Shown piece by piece: positions 52,703-64,000 of a stretch of 64,000 nucleotides of DNA. A program made the position numbers and the translations under genes. Under the pieces are notes generated by a model. The model was given only the letters and a program-made list of their open reading frames with translations, was not told the origin of the DNA and searched no databases. The stretch lies in assembly GCF_001186125.1 (NCBI RefSeq), contig NW_014040525.1, forward strand, positions 1-64,000, given 5' to 3'. The stretch's first letter is position 1. Each line of letters starts with the position of its first letter. The DNA is from Sphaeroforma arctica JP610 (lineage: Eukaryota).

Positions 52703-54802
52703 TCAAATTGACCCTTCAGACACAGTCTCAGTGGATACACCCGATGGCTCCTTGTTGGGCGACATCTTAACTTGGAAGATATACTTCTTCTCCACACAGT
52801 GGTGGGATCCCGAATGGTTCTTTGGCAAAGTGTACGCCACAATGGACACGGGCATGTCATCACAGAAGGACTCCATGTGCAAATCCGGGACTCCGGGGAT
52901 ATTAACCACGTGCCACTTCAGCCAATCCACGTACATGCCGTGCATAGACAGTGTGTAGGTGTCGTCATTGTTATACGTAGTGTACATTTTCCTCTCGTCT
53001 TTGGTCATGCCTTCGGGCAGCATGTCGCTCCTGCTCAGACTGGGCGGTTCCTCACCTGGAGGAGTTACCATCAGCCTGTCGCATGACTCTTGCAAGGGAA
53101 ACGAAATTGCCCCTACTTCGCCTGTGTAGTAGTCTCCTAAGCTTACGGTTGAGCTGGGTTCAATCCGGTGCACAAAGGCCTTTACCAGTGTGAGCATCAT
53201 ACGGGCCCAGAAACCGAGCCTGAGATATTCGGGGGTCTCCACGCCCAGGTATACACAATCGTCTTCGGTGATGCCACTGAACTTTCCTTGTACCTATAAT
53301 AGTCAGTCGAATACAGAGCCAAAGCATCAGAAGCAGGCCACATAACTGAATCGGAAGCTGTTTTTCAATACACATATTCTCTTCTCCTTACCACCAATCG
53401 ATGTACAGTCTTATACAAGAGTGGGCCTCACTTACGATGGTACGATTTTGACTATTAAACTTGAAAATTTGCTTACATAGAAGACAGTGATACTCTCGCG
53501 CACAATATGATGAAGTATGAAACAAACCTGCTCTGCTATGTGGCACACTTCGACAGCCATTTTCCACCGATTATACAACATACATAGACGATGAAACACA
53601 ACACAGTCACTGTAGAGCGCGTATGATACACGCCACAATGCTTAGAAACACACGAGAATCACTCAAGCACAACACTAAACAAAGATGAGAATATCGACTG
53701 TATCTCAAAAGTGGTATACTGCAAAAATCGGTATATTGCAAATAGTCTACTCGTAAAAAGAAGTGTATCTTAAATATTATGTTGTCATGGTATGTGTGTA
53801 CTTTAACAAAAGAAAGTACAGCATGGGTAAATTTGTGCGACGATACACCGCTAAGCCAGAGAGCAAAAACAAGGTGGAGCAGCTGTGCGTTCACACCCTT
53901 GAAGGAATGTATGAAACAGAAAAGGACAGAAAGCGACGGGCCCTGTATGGACCACTTTTGCCTTCTATAACATATCATAAATTACCAATAACAGTCAATA
54001 TACAAATCCCCACCCTTATACTACAAATTGAAAACCGTACAAGGATGTACAATTGAAACAAAACAATCGAAATACAAAGCCTGTATCAGATACGAGGCTA
54101 ATGCCAAACTATATCTTGCCATGGAATAGCAAAATACTTTTTTTTACCTCGGTTTTGTATTAATATTCATATAATGTTCAGTACAAGCGCTCAATATACC
54201 TGTGACCGGAAAGCCCGCAAACTAATATTGCATATGACTAATAGACTACGAATGAAGTATGGCTATTTATTCAAACATGTACCTCGAAGAAAAATATTCT
54301 TTTATGTAAATGATAGCGCTTATAAGAAATGCGCTACGGATATCTTACATGTATTTGATCATGAGTGCATGTGAATCGAAAATTCGACAACATACAAACC
54401 AAGGATTCTATTCACTCATACCTGCAACTCGAACGTTTGCGTATTTCAATGAGAATAGCATTGCTCAAAATTAAAGTAGCATACAATCATTCATACCTGT
54501 AACTCGAATGTTCGTTTCTTCCCGTGAAAGTACTCGTGGTAGTCTTCCAACATATCCTCACACTTCATCTTGACATACATCTGACCCTTGAAATTTTCTG
54601 TATCTACAGGTACCGGGACCTCTGTATTTGCCTGTATTGGATTCCCATTTAAATCAGACAGACTAATAGCCTGCGACATTGTACTAGCACCATCATCACA
54701 GTTTGGCTTGAGCCTATCGTCGTCTATTGAATCCCCGTCAAATACCACTGAATCCCTCTCTTGTACTTCCTGTACTATCTGCTTCCTTTCGGCACTCATC
54801 AT
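52703..54802 (-). CDS. DUF1769-like uncharacterised protein, exons 54802-54497 and 53293-52703
   Basis: ANTEVPVPVDTENFKGQMYV...YFHGKKRTFELQ|VQGKF...YLG, ISFPL...DRLMVTPPGEEPP, YTLSMHGMYVDWLKW. In-phase GT-AG intron. Family recognised from remembered motifs, not a search. Confidence 0.8.
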
Positions 54803-55299
54803 GGTTAGTTATGTTTCCTGTGAATGTTTACTATCTATAAAATTAAGTGTAACTTTCAGCACATGTAGCGTTATTTATACAGATAGGCTATATTTCTGAA
54901 CAATTTTTATACAGATGATGTATTATTTCGCTGGATGTATGTATATATATTGTACTAATTAACAGTATGTGTATTGATTGTAAGCATAGGCTCATGCCCC
55001 AGGGCCCAGGGCCCAGAGCCTCAGAGCCAGAGATACAAACATGACTCAAATCACTATGTCCAATTTGTGTTGTCAATGGCATGAAGAATGGAGTTCATCG
55101 TATTGTGATTTTTAGAATTGTTTTCAAGAAGTTTGAAATATATATGGTTCGTTCAAATATGATAAATTGTACCAATACAAATGAAGAGGAGCAACGAAAA
55201 GTCACAATATTTTGTTCTGATTGGTTCCCTAGTAAGATAGTAATCATTGTTTATGTATTTGTGTGTGACTGTGTGTAGAACACTAGAACTGGTGACTCT

Positions 55300-55610
55300 G
55301 TACTGTTAGCTGTGCGAAAGTGGGAGTGTGGGACTCTGGGCTGTGGAGTTGTGGCCTGTGCGACTGTGTGAGTCTGTGAGATGAGAGTGAGAGACAGAGT
55401 GTGGAGACTGGAGTGTGGAGACTGGAGTGTGGACTGTGGACTGTGGAGACTGGAGGGGACTGGAGAGTGGGGAGTGTGGACTGTGAATGTCGAGGGTGGG
55501 CTGTGGAGTGTGGACTGTGGACTGTGGACTCAACGGAGTGTGGACTGTGGACTCTATGGAGTGTGGACTCACTGGGGAGTGGGGATTGGGGACTGTAGAG
55601 TGTGGAGTGC
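55300..55610. repeat. Low-complexity GTGGACT/GGAGT-type stutter repeat
   Basis: Seen directly; produces the SPQSTVHT pseudo-ORFs. Confidence 0.85.
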
Positions 55611-56564
55611 CGGATTCAGGGAAGGTACATAAATATATTTAAAATACTTATTTATGTATTCAATTTGTTGTAAATATTGGTTGTAGTTTTAAAAATAGAA
55701 CAATTAGTTATTATGTACAGTGTATACTGTTGTATTGTATTTTTATTAAAAAAATATAGGCTGGGGGCGCCTCTCTCTCAGAGAGTCAGAGGGCTGGGCC
55801 TGGGGCTGCCTTGCTCCACCAGCTGTGACTCTGTAAGTTGTCACTGACTCACTTGTGACTCATGATGTGAGTCTGTGAGTACATAATGTTTTTGACTTTT
55901 TGGAACTGCTTCGCTCCAATTTATATCAAACCCATCAAGGATGATTAGGACTTGGTGTATACTGCTGTTTTCATATTATTCCTGAAACAAGAATCGCAAT
56001 TCGGATATCATCGCAGAATCCGGGGTCGGAATTTTAGGTTTTAGTGTACAATAATATAAAATTTTAAATTCCTTGACAACGCACATAGTGATAGCCGTCT
56101 GAAAATTGAACATGAAATGGTTTTTCTTTTCAGAAGAAGGCAATGCAGTAAAAATAATTTAGGGGAAGACTCTGGGCGCCTGGCGGCCCTGGCGGCCCTG
56201 GCCCTGAGTCTCAGAGTCGTCTCTCAGACACTCATCAGACTTGAGGCTTGTACATCTGGCGCCTTAGCTCATGAGTTTTGAGTTCTTGACTCGTTACAGT
56301 CTCGCTATAGTGGCATAGCCCCCGAAAAAGAAACATCAGTCTTTAACCCGAGTTTCCTGACTCGTGTGAGACTCTAGACTCGGCAGGCCGACGGCTAACA
56401 GAGCTGACCCAGCTGAGCGCCTGAACTGCTGACAGCCCGACACGGTTTCAGCCTTTCAGGGTCTCTTGGGCCCCTGGCAGGGCCCGGGACAGGGCCCCTT
56501 AGGCCTGGGCCCTGGGGGCTGGGTGCCTGGGATTGATATTTACCGGTTACCCTGAGTCCGGCTA

Positions 56565-56830
56565 TGTGACGAGTGACGAGTATTTAACGAGTGACGAGTG
56601 ACGAGTGACGAGTGACGATTGACGACCGACGAGTGACGACCGACGAGTGACGAGTGACGACCGACGAGTGACGACCGACGAGTGACGACCGACGAGTGAC
56701 GACCGACGAGTGACGACCGACGAGTGACGACCGACGAGTGACGACCGACGAGTGACGACCGACGAGTGACGACCGACGAGTGACGACCGACGAGTGACGA
56801 CCGACGAGTGACGACCGACAAGTGACGAGA
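56565..56830. repeat. Tandem 7-bp (GACGAGT) and 14-bp (GACGAGTGACGACC) minisatellite
   Basis: Seen directly; more than 10 consecutive 14-mers. Confidence 0.96.
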
Positions 56831-58286
56831 CTCGATTCCTGTCGCTCTACTCTCTCTCTAGCTCTATAGCTAGTAGAGAGAGAGAGAGAGACTAGAGAGG
56901 GAGAGTGTGTGTGTAAGAGTTCAGACTTCTGTAGTTCAGTTTGACTTTCCAAAGATACCCCACACATGTGTTTGTAAACAAAACTCTTGCTGCCAAACTA
57001 TTCAGAGTTTCAGTAGCTGGCTAAATGGCTATATCCTCAAACAATAGATGACAATACATACAAGACACAATGCAGATTTAGTGAGGAAATAAAAACCAAA
57101 GATTGCAAGGTGCTCGTTTACCTTCTCAAAATGAACTTGTGACCTTCTCAAAATGAACTTCTGCAATAAGTACGCAAATATGTTGATAGTTCTCAAGCTT
57201 TGGCAAGCAACTGATCTGACGAGTATGTACTATTTGTCTATCAACAAATCTATAGCGTTTTATTACTCTTTGGGTTGTCGACGATCTCTCATATGTCACT
57301 TGTGCACCATCCATACATTATGCAGTACGTTACAAGGTGCATGATGTCTGGCATAAATCGGTTAAATTTTTAATTTAATTCACGGTCTCTGCATGACGTG
57401 CCACAGCAAGAGACGATCGCACCTTTGTCAAGCCGCATATTGCAATTCACCCCTTCTACTGCAAACTTTGGTATGTTACAAGCGGTTGTTTTATTTTTAC
57501 ATTTTGAGACGCGAAGACTTCAACACCAAGCCACATATGTGCTAGCGAGATATAGCATATTATCTATAGCCGGTGTCTCACTATCACGCCCATCCCATAC
57601 TTCTAATATCAAATCAATTTTCAGTCGGTACTATCAGGCTAGTTGCTTACCAATTCTCGCCATGTTATGCACCGACTGTGTTGATTAGCCGTCGAGGCTT
57701 TTTCAAAGTCTACCTCACAGCACATTCACAATATATTGTTGTGACGCATTATTATAAAGATACCATATATCGCCATCATTTGCTAGTTACGGTGTAATTC
57801 CATGTCGTATGGTAGACGAGAATACTCGCCTGAAATTTTTATCGGAATTGTTCAGTTGTTCAATAGTATTTTTATACCCATCTAAAAACGCCTGCCTGGT
57901 CTGGAAATACAAACGAACAACTGCAAGATACTTCCCGCTCACAACCTAAACAACAACTCGTACCCCAAGTCCATATCAGAGCCCAACCCAAGCGGATGAT
58001 GGCGGAAATATTCTTGCAGCCTCCTTCAAATCGGACCAGCATTGCAAAGATTCAAAAGCATAGCAATAACCATAAACATTCAACGCATCGGTCCGCTTGG
58101 AGAACTCGCTACCCGGAAAAATCTAGTTTAAATCATAGAGGGCACCTCTAGACGCACGTGTTCGGTACCACAAGGATGTGCCGTGTACTTCAGAACAAAG
58201 CCAATGGGCCGAAAACGCCAAGTTGATACAATAGTTCGCCTTTACTCTAATACTCCTGAAGCGTTGCACTTTGCCTCTCATGACTT

Positions 58287-58583
58287 CAGCGAGTGGGCCG
58301 GACGCGAATAAGCACGCGCGATCGTATTTACATGCCTTGAAAAATAGGCTCGCAAAATATCAGCGAGTGGGCCAAACGCGAATAAGCACGCGCGATCGTA
58401 TTAATATGCCTTGAAAGATAGGCTCGCAAAATATCAGCGAGTGGGCCGAACGCGAAAAAGCACGCGCGATTATGTTTATATGCCTCGAAAGATAGGCTTG
58501 CAAAATATCAGCGAGTGGGCCGAACGCGAATAAGCACGTGCGATCGTATTTATATGCCTTGAAACATAGGCTTGCAAAATATC
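58287..58583. repeat. 4 x 74-bp tandem array
   Basis: cagcgagtgggcc.aacgcgaataagcacgcgcgatcgtatttatatgccttgaaa.ataggctcgcaaaatat starting at 58287, 58361, 58435 and 58509. Confidence 0.95.
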
Positions 58584-59391
58584 GTATACCAACAGCCTTT
58601 GGTGATCCTCCTACGTGCTGCCATCGCTACCAATACCATAACCACCCAAGCCTGACAGTATCAATATCAACACCGACGTCTGTGAAGCAGGTTCGTGTAT
58701 GATGGTGACGTACCCTGATATGTGCTATGATCGCACAGCCGCCTAACCCACTGCGGACTAGCGCATGGCATTTAAGAAAATAATACTACGAAAGTCGCAT
58801 CCCTGTGCTGCGATCGCTACCACTACTAAATACACCCAACCATGTTCACGTCAATGTAAATACCGCCTGCTATGAAACATGCTGGATTTGTATCAGATGT
58901 CAATATAAGACCTTCCCGCGTGCTATGTTCGCACAATTCCGTTGCCACCCAAGCCTGAAGCCTGCCAGCCTCGAAGCAAGATCCGTGGCATGTCAAGCAG
59001 CTTGCGCGAGTCATACATCAATGTCTTGCAAGCAAGTTCGGGCCAAGTAATATATTTGTGATCAAGAACTCCTCCTTTAAACTAACAATCGCCGCAACCA
59101 GAGCCATTTTTCTCTCTCTAATTGTTGAACATGTTATGGGAAGGGGCTCGGGCAGAACAACACTGATAGTGCAAAATCTTCTCATATGCTGTCACCTAGT
59201 GTACCCAACCTCTCCAAAGTCACTTGTAATACCCTACTTCACGAGAAGAAAGCGAGTGCGAATGCCCATCAGTGATGATAGGGATCTAATAAGCGCTGAC
59301 ATTGCTACTACTACCGTGGCCACCACAGAACCCAAACATGTAAAATTCAATGGGGAGAAGCATAGTGGAGGTAATACTAATAGAACCCCAC

Positions 59392-61804
59392 TCATGAGCT
59401 ATCTTCGCTGCTGCTGCCATACCCACCCAACCCAGCCAATACATTACTGACTGCCGCCTCCGGTTTTTCAGACTTCTTCACAACTGCCGCCTCCGGTTTC
59501 TCAGACTTCCTCACAATACCCAACATAGCCCCTAAGTTAAACTTTTTCTTCATCACACTCTCCTTAGAACGAGGCGCATTGGTGCTCGCACTTACTGTAA
59601 CAATCTCAGGTATTATGTCAAGCTCGCTGTGATCCGTAATAGTATGTATTGCCAACCCGGGTTTAGCCTTTTTGGTCTTCGGGTTATCTGATTGGCCAAA
59701 AACAGGCCTTTTCCGAACATTTGATTGGCCCTCGTCCGAGTCGGATTCTGCCAATCTCTTGACTTTAACAGGTACAGCTGGTACCACAATATTATCGGCG
59801 GCACCGTCTGTGGCGGAAGTGTCATCCCCGGCACCTGTACTGTTGAAGATCTTGGCAATCTCCTCTTCGTCCCTCTTTTCCTGGTCTTGCAACTATGTGC
59901 GTGTGTGTGAAGGAGGGGGGAGAGACAAAGCCATAAGTCACAAGAGCATCGATTCAGCAACGGTACAATCATATCAAAGTATAGTATGCCCTCGCAAGCG
60001 TGAGATCATAAAGCAGGTACGAGTGTGTACTGCCAGTAAATGGTACAGCTTGTTTCATCACAATACAGTAAAAAAAGGGGCGAAGACTAAGGTACACCTT
60101 TAATCGCCTTCACCACACACACACGCGAGCGCATATATTCAATATACGCAATCAAAACACAAACGTTAGCCTGCACATACCTCTTTGACCAGTGCATCGT
60201 TCTTCTGCTGAATCAATTCGTTGACATCTACGGCCGCATTCCTGTCGTTCATGTCTCGGATCTCCTCGAGAGTATCCAGCATGTCCATCTCTTTCTTCGA
60301 TTGCTTCGTTCTGTTCTCTAAGGCCTGCAAAATTTATTATAACGGATAAATATTACTGTAAGTGGAAGATTATCATACCCAACATGTGCATCTCTTTCTT
60401 CGTTTGCTTCGTTCTGCTATCTAATGCCTCGGGATACGTCAGTACAAATACCTGCTATCCAGAGTGTGATTTTTTTAATTAAATATCCTACTGTAATTCT
60501 GAAATTCGACCTTGGTATGCTTAGGTATATGTAAATATGCATTAGTGTCATTTGTATATCACATTTACAACTGGTGTTCTCAGTAATGTGTCCTTACGCC
60601 TTTAACCTCACCGATATGCACGGTGACCACAAATATACTACTGGAGTTGGTAGCGAAGTATGAACTCGATACAATTATCACTAAGGTCACTGTAAGCACA
60701 ACTACAAAAAGAGAGGTGCAATAACACACAAAATATAGAGACAAGTTTTAATTGAAGTATGCAACCACGCACTTCTATCAACGTAATGTGCCATGCCCAA
60801 TCTTGGGCGCACGATATACCTTCATTGCATTATTCTCCTCTTCATCTTCTTTCTTCTTCTTCTTAGCCTCCACTTCATCTTCAACTTCACGCCAGAGCTC
60901 GAAATTACCTAAATCGTGTAGAAGCGAGTAACCCAATATACAATTGAGTATGTAAGATTCTTGAATGGAAGGTATCAAAAGATTCAGTGCTATAAACATT
61001 TCGGAGCCTGAAGTCAATGCAGAGATCGACAACCAAAAGTCCATTGGCGGCCCCATCGAAGTGACTGCTAGGGATATAACTGAGTATAAAATCCAGGATG
61101 CAACGCACAACCACATTCATCAAACAAACTTCATAACTACTTGAGGATGTGATATTTGTACTGTCATCAAATAAAAGACAAACAACTGTATACATAACAC
61201 CAGAATATGCAATATACTAGTGTCGATGCATATAAATACACGCATACATAGATACCACTGTGGCTAGTAGTCTCCCAGAGGACAGCACATGTACATACAA
61301 ACTGAAAAACGTACAAATATGATACATTATTCAAATGCAACTCATACATAAGTCGAGATTAATATATACACACACATACAGATGAAATGTAAGTATGTTT
61401 GTATGTATGTATGTATGCATGTATATACATATAANNNNNNNNNNNNNNNNNNNNNNNNNNNNNNNNNNNNNNNNNNNNNNNNNNNNNNNNNNNNNNNNNN
61501 NNNNNNNNNNNNNNNNNNNNNNNNNNNNNNNNNNNNNNNNNNNNNNNNNNNNNNNNNNNNNNNNNNNNNNNNNNNNNNNNNNNNNNNNNNNNNNNNNNNN
61601 NNNNNNNNNNNNNNNNNNNNNNNNNNNNNNNNNNNTATATATATATATATCGCAGCTGAATTTGAATATACATTTCGTTCCAGATGCGAAAACGTTATCA
61701 ACATTCGAACATACCTGGTCATTCTTCGGTTTCTTCTGACGAGGGATGATTGAAGGATCAAAATCCGGGGGGAAATACTTGTTCAGGACTTTACGTTCAG
61801 ACAT
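59392..61804 (-). CDS. YJU2: Splicing factor YJU2/CCDC94 (Cwc16 family); middle exon(s) missing, probably in the assembly gap
   Basis: MSERKVLNKYFPPDFDPS (61804-61715), NFELWRE...EEENNAMK (~60907-60820), ALENRTKQSKKEMDMLDTLEEIRDMN (~60325-60181), last exon 59892-59392 ending LGGYGSSSEDSS*. Confidence 0.92.
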
Positions 61805-62499
61805 ATTGCTAAGTCGGCTATGGTGATTTCTTGGAGAGAGTGGACTGAAAAAGTTGCCGTTGTGATTGCTACTCTACAATATATAGTCTATGCAACGTGG
61901 TCGAGAGTGCCCCGTGTGATCGTATGCAAATGTATGAAGTATGAGTATATGTATGTGTATTTACTACATTTATAATATATATACATATATAAATATATAT
62001 ATATAGATATAATAACCTCAAATGGCTTGGGTCTCTTGACCTCAATATACACTTCAAATGTATATATCCCCAAAATATGGCCTTTAAATAAATACACCTG
62101 TAAAAAATAAGGGCCGCGTCGTAACATGAAACACATATTATAAGAGTATTTTTTTCAAACAAAATGTAGGAGCTTCGGGACTCCTAATGAATTTTTGAGA
62201 CTCTTCGGTACCCTGAATTTTGGCGGGTCCCGATGATAGAGTCGTGATTCCAGAAATTCATATTGGGTTTTATTTCAGGGCCCAAGCCAGTGTTAATCGT
62301 ATATAACCAGGCCCTGATGATTTTTGAGCGTCATTATACATGGGTCATAATAAAATTGTCTCGTAATAAAATTGTCTATGTATATTCACGAACAGAGCAA
62401 AGTGTTTACGAATATACATAGACGATGACGCCATGAGAAAGTTCGAGAACATCGTAACAGAAGGTTTTCTGGGTCCGTGCCTTTCCCTCTCACTACGAG

Positions 62500-62910
62500 T
62501 GTTATAGTTATAGTTAATAGCCTAGGATGTTAGTAGTACAAGTTCGTTCGGGAATAGATAGAGATAGGTCCCGGCGGACTATAAAAACAGTCCACGTCCA
62601 GCGTCAGAGTTCAGACTTTCACTAAGAACATAAGGAACACAAGGACGACGAGGACTAAAGACTGCTTATATCGTAAACCTAAGAATAAAGCTACTACTAC
62701 CGAATTTGGGAATTTGGAATTTTTAGCGTCAAAACTGTGATAATCATTTTTGGGCCGATTTTTGGGATTTGGAGAAGAAGGACCGAACTCTAGGAAATTC
62801 GAGGGACCTTATAATATAAGCTGCTGAAGGGGCTCTTCAAGGATAGTCTCGACGAACATCGCTCAGCAACAAGGAAGTGTGATAACGGCTGTAACTTTGG
62901 TAGGACCAGG
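62500..62910 (+). mobile_element. LTR-like segment followed by a primer-binding-site-like motif
   Basis: Begins TGTTATAG and ends CTGTAAC(T), an imperfect inverted end. Contains TATAAAAA (~62580) and AATAAA (~62684). Followed by TGGTAGGACCAGG at 62898-62910. Confidence 0.5.
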
Positions 62911-64000
62911 TACCCCGCTATCAGTATGACTTTGTAGTACAGTCCTAGGATTAAAAGGACTTGGGCTCAGAAGACGTGCGGACGTGCTAACGTGGGATTT
63001 ATCCCAGTGGATCAAACGGCGTTTGGAACGGGTTATTTAGTAGAAACTCACTTTGTGGGAAAATTAAGGGCCTTTTTTTTTTAAAAGCCCAGGGTTGCTT
63101 GTGGCTCCGCTTTTGAACCTTCGCAAACGTTAGGGATAATATTATTTATTTCAAAAATGGCAAGTATATGTTATGGCTCTCATAGTCGCTGTAGTGGTTC
63201 AGGAAATATTGATGGGAAGAAGTGGTCAGTAAATTCCCGTTTGAAGCTTGGGCCAAGTGAGTTGACAATGGAAGATATGTGCTGAGTCAATTTGGGCCGG
63301 TGTTGACAAAACACTGTTACTATCGAATGTTCCATATATTCGCTTGCTGACCTACTAAGTAGAGTACCCACCTCTGTGGTACGGATCGGGTCTGCGCCGT
63401 GTAGTGCCGCGAAATGGGTTAGTGCAGAGTACGAAATACCGAGAAGGACCAGGTTATCCGTCATAGCAAGGATGGAGGTAAGCCAATGCCGCACCAGACC
63501 ACGGATGAGTTCGGTATGTGTTGGCTAGCCTGGATCAGAAGTATCATAGTCGGAACCAACAAGCGCGATGATTTGGTTTGAGCCGATATTTGGAAGTAGT
63601 ACTTCAACAGCGTGATTAGCCGAAGTATGGGGAACATCTGTTGATGTGTCAGCTACGGGTGAGGGTACGGTGGTTCTTCGACATGCTGGAGAAAAGATCC
63701 AAGGTGTTCGTGGAGGGTCCAGATACCGTGGAAGTCGTGGCACTCCTGTAATTGCTGAAGGAGGTCAGAGCCAATGGGCGGCAGTTTCGGGCCTACCAGG
63801 ATGCGTCGAATCAGTTGTTGGATGCAGGTAAAGTGGCTGGTAGTGAACTTGTGGCTACCGGGGCAGACAGGGCAGAGACAGCCGTCGGTGCGGTAGTCGA
63901 GCAATGTGAACATGTACGTATTCGTTACAATCATAGCACAGAGCCGGATTGGTGTAGACTCGAAGCAGCGATTGAAGCTGTCGTGTCTGGCTGTGTCTCG

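Noticed and set aside
56540..56967. Ser/Arg-rich repeat ORFs (SSVVTRRSSLVGRH)n
   Set aside because: Product of the 14-bp minisatellite; no other coding evidence.

Overview
Eukaryotic draft-assembly window with several N gaps and (TA)n/(CA)n-rich GT-AG introns. The style suggests a unicellular opisthokont, possibly an ichthyosporean-like holozoan (inference only). Host genes: TPI (-), divergent RPS12/eS12 (+) hosting an intronic U31/snR67-like box C/D snoRNA, a ~26-exon short-form intersectin (2 EH, coiled coil, 5 SH3; +), a GDA1/CD39 NTPDase (-), a DUF1769-like gene (-) and YJU2/CCDC94 (-). About 24.4-40 kb is a decayed mobile-element zone. Its centrepiece is a degenerate Ty3/Gypsy LTR-type retroelement with the order gag-protease-RT-RNase H-[Dam-like N6-adenine DNA methyltransferase, NPPW motif]-DD35E integrase-GPF-chromodomain-like-PPT. 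The methyltransferase continues the RNase H reading frame. This domain is classically described in tyrosine-recombinase DIRS elements rather than DDE-integrase Gypsy elements. Upstream of gag is an 8x38-bp double-hairpin array with a compensatory base-pair change. Other observations: repeated tandem duplication of splice junctions in four genes, a THAP remnant, a pre-miRNA-like hairpin and a second LTR+PBS-like segment. All translations and alignments were done by eye.
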